DNA from: an uncultured Methylophilaceae bacterium
GTDB taxonomy: Bacteria; Pseudomonadota; Gammaproteobacteria; Burkholderiales; Methylophilaceae
DNA: 38,830 nucleotides
Reading direction: 5' to 3'
Assembly (NCBI GenBank): GCA_964484985.1
Contig: CAZAHP010000001.1
Location: 1 to 38,830, forward strand
Positions 35,821-38,830 of the stretch are shown here, piece by piece. The translations under genes and the position numbers were made by a program. The first letter of the stretch is position 1. Each line of letters opens with the position of its first letter. Under the pieces are notes generated by a model that was not told where the DNA came from, ran no database searches, and saw only the letters and a list, made by a program, of their open reading frames with translations.

Positions 35821-36228
35821 CTAGAATGGGTTATCTTCAATCGGCGCATCATTGATCGGCGGCACATCTGATGCTTGAGGCGCTTCATCTGCTGTCACTG
35901 GTTTCTTATCCAACATCAACAACCTATCGATCACAATCTCCGTAGTGTAATGAGTTACACCTTGCTTATCTTCCCACGGACGCGTTTGCAAACGACCTTC
36001 CACGTTAACCAGTGCACCTTTTTTTAGATACTCTGCTACGATTTCAGCAAGTTTACGGAAAAACACAACCCTGTGCCATTCCGTTTTTTCTTTTGACGCG
36101 CCAGTCTTACTATCCTTCCAGCGACTTGATGTTGCTACACTCACAGTGACCGTTGGTGTTCCATCAGGTAAATAACGAAGCTCTGGATCAGCCCCTAAAT
36201 GACCTATTAATTCTGCTTTATTTAACAT
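35821..36228 (-). CDS. ssb: single-stranded DNA-binding protein
   Basis: MLNKAELIGHLGADPELRYLPDG..., TEWHRVVFF, acidic C-terminal tip EDNPF. Confidence 0.95.
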   Translation of the reverse strand: MLNKAELIGHLGADPELRYLPDGTPTVTVSVATSSRWKDSKTGASKEKTEWHRVVFFRKLAEIVAEYLKKGALVNVEGRLQTRPWEDKQGVTHYTTEIVIDRLLMLDKKPVTADEAPQASDVPPINDAPIEDNPF

Positions 36229-36283
36229 ACTAACTCCTTACTCTAAATTGCTTCGTAACCCACGAAGTGAGGGTAAAACTTAA
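36229..36283 (-). promoter_or_regulatory. possible degenerate relative of the leader module upstream of ssb
   Basis: GUUUUACCCUCACUUCGUGGGUUACGAAGCAAUUUAGAGUAAGGAGUUAGUAUG: UUUUACCC box, 6-bp hairpin, A/U-rich spacer, AAGGAG. Similarity is in layout only. Confidence 0.35.
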
Positions 36284-36286
36284 CGT

Positions 36287-36526
36287 CTATTCACTGTCCC
36301 AAGGGTCTAACCCTAATAATTCTTTAAAAGCCGCTCTCACCGCCTCATTCACAGGTCTTTTTCCAGAAGTAATCATGTATAAGTGTTGTCTTGATATGCC
36401 TGCCTGTGTTGCTATGTCACCTTGGTTTATTTCTTTGGCTTGGCACAATAGATACACGACATCTGCAAAACGAAATCCTTTGCCCAACAGATATGTTCTG
36501 GCTTCTATCAGTACATTTGTTTTCAT
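36287..36526 (-). CDS. XRE-family HTH transcriptional regulator
   Basis: QGDIATQAGISRQHLYMITSGKRPV helix-turn-helix. Confidence 0.8.
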   Translation of the reverse strand: MKTNVLIEARTYLLGKGFRFADVVYLLCQAKEINQGDIATQAGISRQHLYMITSGKRPVNEAVRAAFKELLGLDPWDSE

Positions 36527-36557
36527 TTCAAACCAACCATGCTATTCTTCTTAATTA

Positions 36558-36808
36558 AGTGTTATTAGGTGGGCTGCTTGCTCACTATGGGGTTTTGCGA
36601 ATCGCTTAGCTGTTAGGCCTCGCATTTCCAATGTGTCATAACCGCGCCTTTTAGTTAAATAGATAACCATAAACCTTCTACTTAACAACTCGACCTGCAC
36701 CGTTGTCGAGTAACGGTGTGCTCCCAGTTGTTGCAACAACTGGCGTTGATTAAGCGTTTCTTAATCCACATTAGCTTCGCCCGACCAAGCAGCCCACCTA
36801 ATAACACT
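36558..36808. repeat. 251-bp element bounded by perfect 23-bp inverted repeats, with nested palindromes
   Basis: agtgttattaggtgggctgcttg (36558-36580) pairs with caagcagcccacctaataacact (36786-36808). Internal CAGTTGTTG/CAACAACTG, CTCGAC/GTCGAG, CACCGTT/AACGGTG, GATTAAG/CTTAATC. Confidence 0.6.
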
Positions 36809-36812
36809 ACTT

Positions 36813-37061
36813 TCAATTACACTCCCAAACCGTACCTGTGCCCTGTACTGCGCCATCCAGTACCAAGGCTGCCCTATTGGCAATGCTGAGCAATTCCTGA
36901 TTAAGAAGCTGCAATGCCTCTTTGTCGTATTGCATCAAACCGCTATCAATGTCACTGGCCAGACCGCACAAACTTAAATTAAACCCGTCTAGCAGTTGTT
37001 GCATGCGTGCTTTCGTTTTGAGCTGATCCAATACCTGATCTTTTTTAATCCATGCTGTCAT
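36813..37061 (-). CDS. small hypothetical protein
   Basis: 82 aa; 3-nt gap to the upstream gene. Confidence 0.55.
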   Translation of the reverse strand: MTAWIKKDQVLDQLKTKARMQQLLDGFNLSLCGLASDIDSGLMQYDKEALQLLNQELLSIANRAALVLDGAVQGTGTVWECN

Positions 37062-37064
37062 TGT

Positions 37065-37508
37065 TTATCCTAACGCCGCGATTGCTTCACTGCATTTTTC
37101 GGCTCTATTAATACAAAATCTTAAGGTCATCTCTCGCGCATTCAGTAACAACACTTGCTCTTGCGCTTCCAACACCCATGCTTGCTGCTCCACTGGTATG
37201 TTTTGTAAGAACGGTGCCACTTTTTCCCATGTCAATGTGTACGACTTTGAACCATACGAGCGCCACACTAAATAAAACTGCCCATTGCAATACTGCGTAT
37301 TTAAATCTTTACGTTGATGCCTAAATAAGTACCATGGCAAACTTGATAATTTTTTAGAACTGTCGGATAGCTGCTGCATCTCATCAATCACAGATTCATA
37401 CTCACGCCGTAGGCGTGACAACCAATCTACTGTCCCCTTACCCTTAAAAGCCCTTTTGTACCCCGCATCTGTCAACAACGCATTATTTTCTTTATTTCTA
37501 GTGTTCAT
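37065..37508 (-). CDS. hypothetical ICE protein (possibly DUF3158-like)
   Basis: 147 aa. Its position between the 375-aa protein and ssb is as recalled for PFGI-1-class ICEs. Family not verified. Confidence 0.6.
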   Translation of the reverse strand: MNTRNKENNALLTDAGYKRAFKGKGTVDWLSRLRREYESVIDEMQQLSDSSKKLSSLPWYLFRHQRKDLNTQYCNGQFYLVWRSYGSKSYTLTWEKVAPFLQNIPVEQQAWVLEAQEQVLLLNAREMTLRFCINRAEKCSEAIAALG

Positions 37509-37564
37509 ACTTCACTTCAATTCCATTTGTTTCACATGAGTGACTTTGTAAGAAAAACCATCTG

Positions 37565-38692
37565 TTACACCAAGTTTTCTAATCCTGTTGCACTATCATC
37601 ATTTTTTGTACTGCTTTCTGTGCCACCATCACTCACACCTCTAGCTACGTTGTTCAGCACTTCCTGCTCCTGACTGGTAATAAACAACTTACGTTTACTG
37701 TGACGTGGTGAAAGCTCTCCAGTAAAGATGTTCGCTGGCACATCTCCAAATATGCCGCGTATCGCTTTAACACGCTTTGTTGCTTCTACATCTGCTTGAG
37801 GCAAGAAGTCGCTACGTGACAGTGCACGCAACTCTTCACGTAATAAGTATTTCTGAAATGGCAATGCACTCTCAAAAATAGAACGAATACGTGATCTGAA
37901 TTTATTCAAATCAGCACGGCCCACTTCATCACTCACACGAGACTTAGCGATCATGGTTTTAATCAACCGTGTGTACCAATCAAAATCCACTAACATCTCT
38001 GCCACCATATAACCGTATGGGCTTCTAAAACCTAAATTCACTTTAATTGGTGCACGCGACTTCATGACATGTACAACTAAACCACGCTTCTCCAATGTAT
38101 CTAAAGTGGCTTGATGCACTTGTGTTGCACGTTCTAAAGCTTTACGCACTTCATCGATTTGGTCAGTAAATTGGATTAACATCCAATCGGCATACGGATT
38201 ATCATTTGAAGATAGATTCCACACGGATCTTAAAATAGCGGCAATCTTCTTAGCACTGGAAATACCATAACTGGATGGACTGTCGTCACGTGTTCTACCT
38301 ATGAATAAGCGATAGGCTTCTTTGGTATGGATGAACATCTCATCATTTTCTTCCTGCACCAAACCACCAATAGTACGAATACCCAATGCTTCATTGTCAG
38401 GTACGATTCTTTCTGCAAAAGAACGCTGCTTTAATTGCTGCGAACGTTTCATCAATTCTTCTTCACGGTCTAATAACACCATGAACCTGTCCCACATAGG
38501 ATCTTTGAAATCAGGATTCTCTGCTGCAATTAAATGTGCACAGGCCGCACGCTCACCATGTAGATCATAACCATCAGCAAAAGGTGAAGAAGGCGCTGTC
38601 CGTGTACGCACTGTTGCTGTAGCTGCTTTTGGTTTAGCTACTTTAGGTTCTTTCACTACCTTAGCTTTAGTTTTAGCAGGTTCTTTAGCCAT
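37565..38692 (-). CDS. conserved ICE protein with Lys/Ala-rich N-terminal tail (possibly the PFL_4669/TIGR03761 'ICE replication protein' family)
   Basis: 375 aa; MAKEPAKTKAKVVKEPKVAKPKAA tail; NPYADW block. Family assignment is from memory only. Confidence 0.7.
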   Translation of the reverse strand: MAKEPAKTKAKVVKEPKVAKPKAATATVRTRTAPSSPFADGYDLHGERAACAHLIAAENPDFKDPMWDRFMVLLDREEELMKRSQQLKQRSFAERIVPDNEALGIRTIGGLVQEENDEMFIHTKEAYRLFIGRTRDDSPSSYGISSAKKIAAILRSVWNLSSNDNPYADWMLIQFTDQIDEVRKALERATQVHQATLDTLEKRGLVVHVMKSRAPIKVNLGFRSPYGYMVAEMLVDFDWYTRLIKTMIAKSRVSDEVGRADLNKFRSRIRSIFESALPFQKYLLREELRALSRSDFLPQADVEATKRVKAIRGIFGDVPANIFTGELSPRHSKRKLFITSQEQEVLNNVARGVSDGGTESSTKNDDSATGLENLV

Positions 38693-38763
38693 ACAAATCT
38701 ATCCTAGTCTCAATAACGTTATTTAATTGTCTAATCTATTGGTTGTTGCCAAAATTGCACCAC

Positions 38764-38830
38764 TTCCAACACTTCGACCACCGAATTTACTGTTGGAAGT
38801 TCCAACACTTCGACCACCGAATTTACTGTT
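38764..38830. repeat. tandem 36-bp repeats (iteron/operator-like), truncated by the window end
   Basis: ttccaacacttcgaccaccgaatttactgttggaag occurs 1.9 times. Each unit carries CTTCCAACA-N19-TGTTGGAAG inverted arms. Confidence 0.8.

Noticed and set aside
36551-36739. 62-aa ORF inside the inverted-repeat element.
   Set aside because: It has no SD, starts within one IR arm and spans nested palindromes. It is most likely non-coding.
36558-36808. A simple MITE interpretation of the 23-bp-IR element.
   Set aside because: No target-site duplication flanks the arms and no second copy occurs in this window. The idea is kept as one option in the findings but is not supported as the call.

Overview
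Nearly all genes are on the minus strand, and the window has two parts.

(1) About 0.5-16.7 kb is a visibly GC-richer copper/silver resistance cargo block. It holds two ICMT-like membrane methyltransferases and a His-rich DUF2933-like peptide. It also holds a CPC-type P1B ATPase (CopA) with two N-terminal TRASH/YHS domains, further TRASH/YHS, CopG(DUF411) and DUF2231-like accessory proteins, and cusF-cusC-cusB-cusA. cusR-cusS is transcribed divergently, with a perfect 10-2-10 palindromic CusR/CopR-type box in the shared promoter region.

(2) About 16.8-38.8 kb is a lower-GC backbone of a conjugative/integrative island. From memory it resembles PFGI-1/ICEclc/PAPI-1/ICEHin1056-class ICEs; this has not been searched. 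It encodes an HTH regulator, an SNF2 helicase, an orphan N6-adenine methyltransferase, and DUF1281-, DUF2958-, DUF3275- and DUF3577-like proteins. It also encodes many small acidic unknowns, topoisomerase III, an HU/IHF-like protein, SSB, an XRE regulator, and a Lys-rich 375-aa ICE protein preceded by 36-bp tandem repeats. I recognised no rRNA, tRNA, CRISPR array, transposase or integrase.

Main signal: between 20.0 and 30.6 kb, every gap between cassettes is filled by one of 11 copies of a structured module. Each copy has a UAACCC box, a terminator-like hairpin, a U-tract and a conserved SD. Five copies are extended to about 190-240 nt by extra hairpins that show compensatory changes, including a conserved GCAA tetraloop. 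In each copy the 3' arm of the hairpin is also complementary to the SD/spacer/start codon of the downstream gene, and these pairs co-vary. This suggests a switchable leader that controls an 11-cassette array of likely establishment/anti-defence genes.

All family names are from motif recognition by eye, not from database searches.
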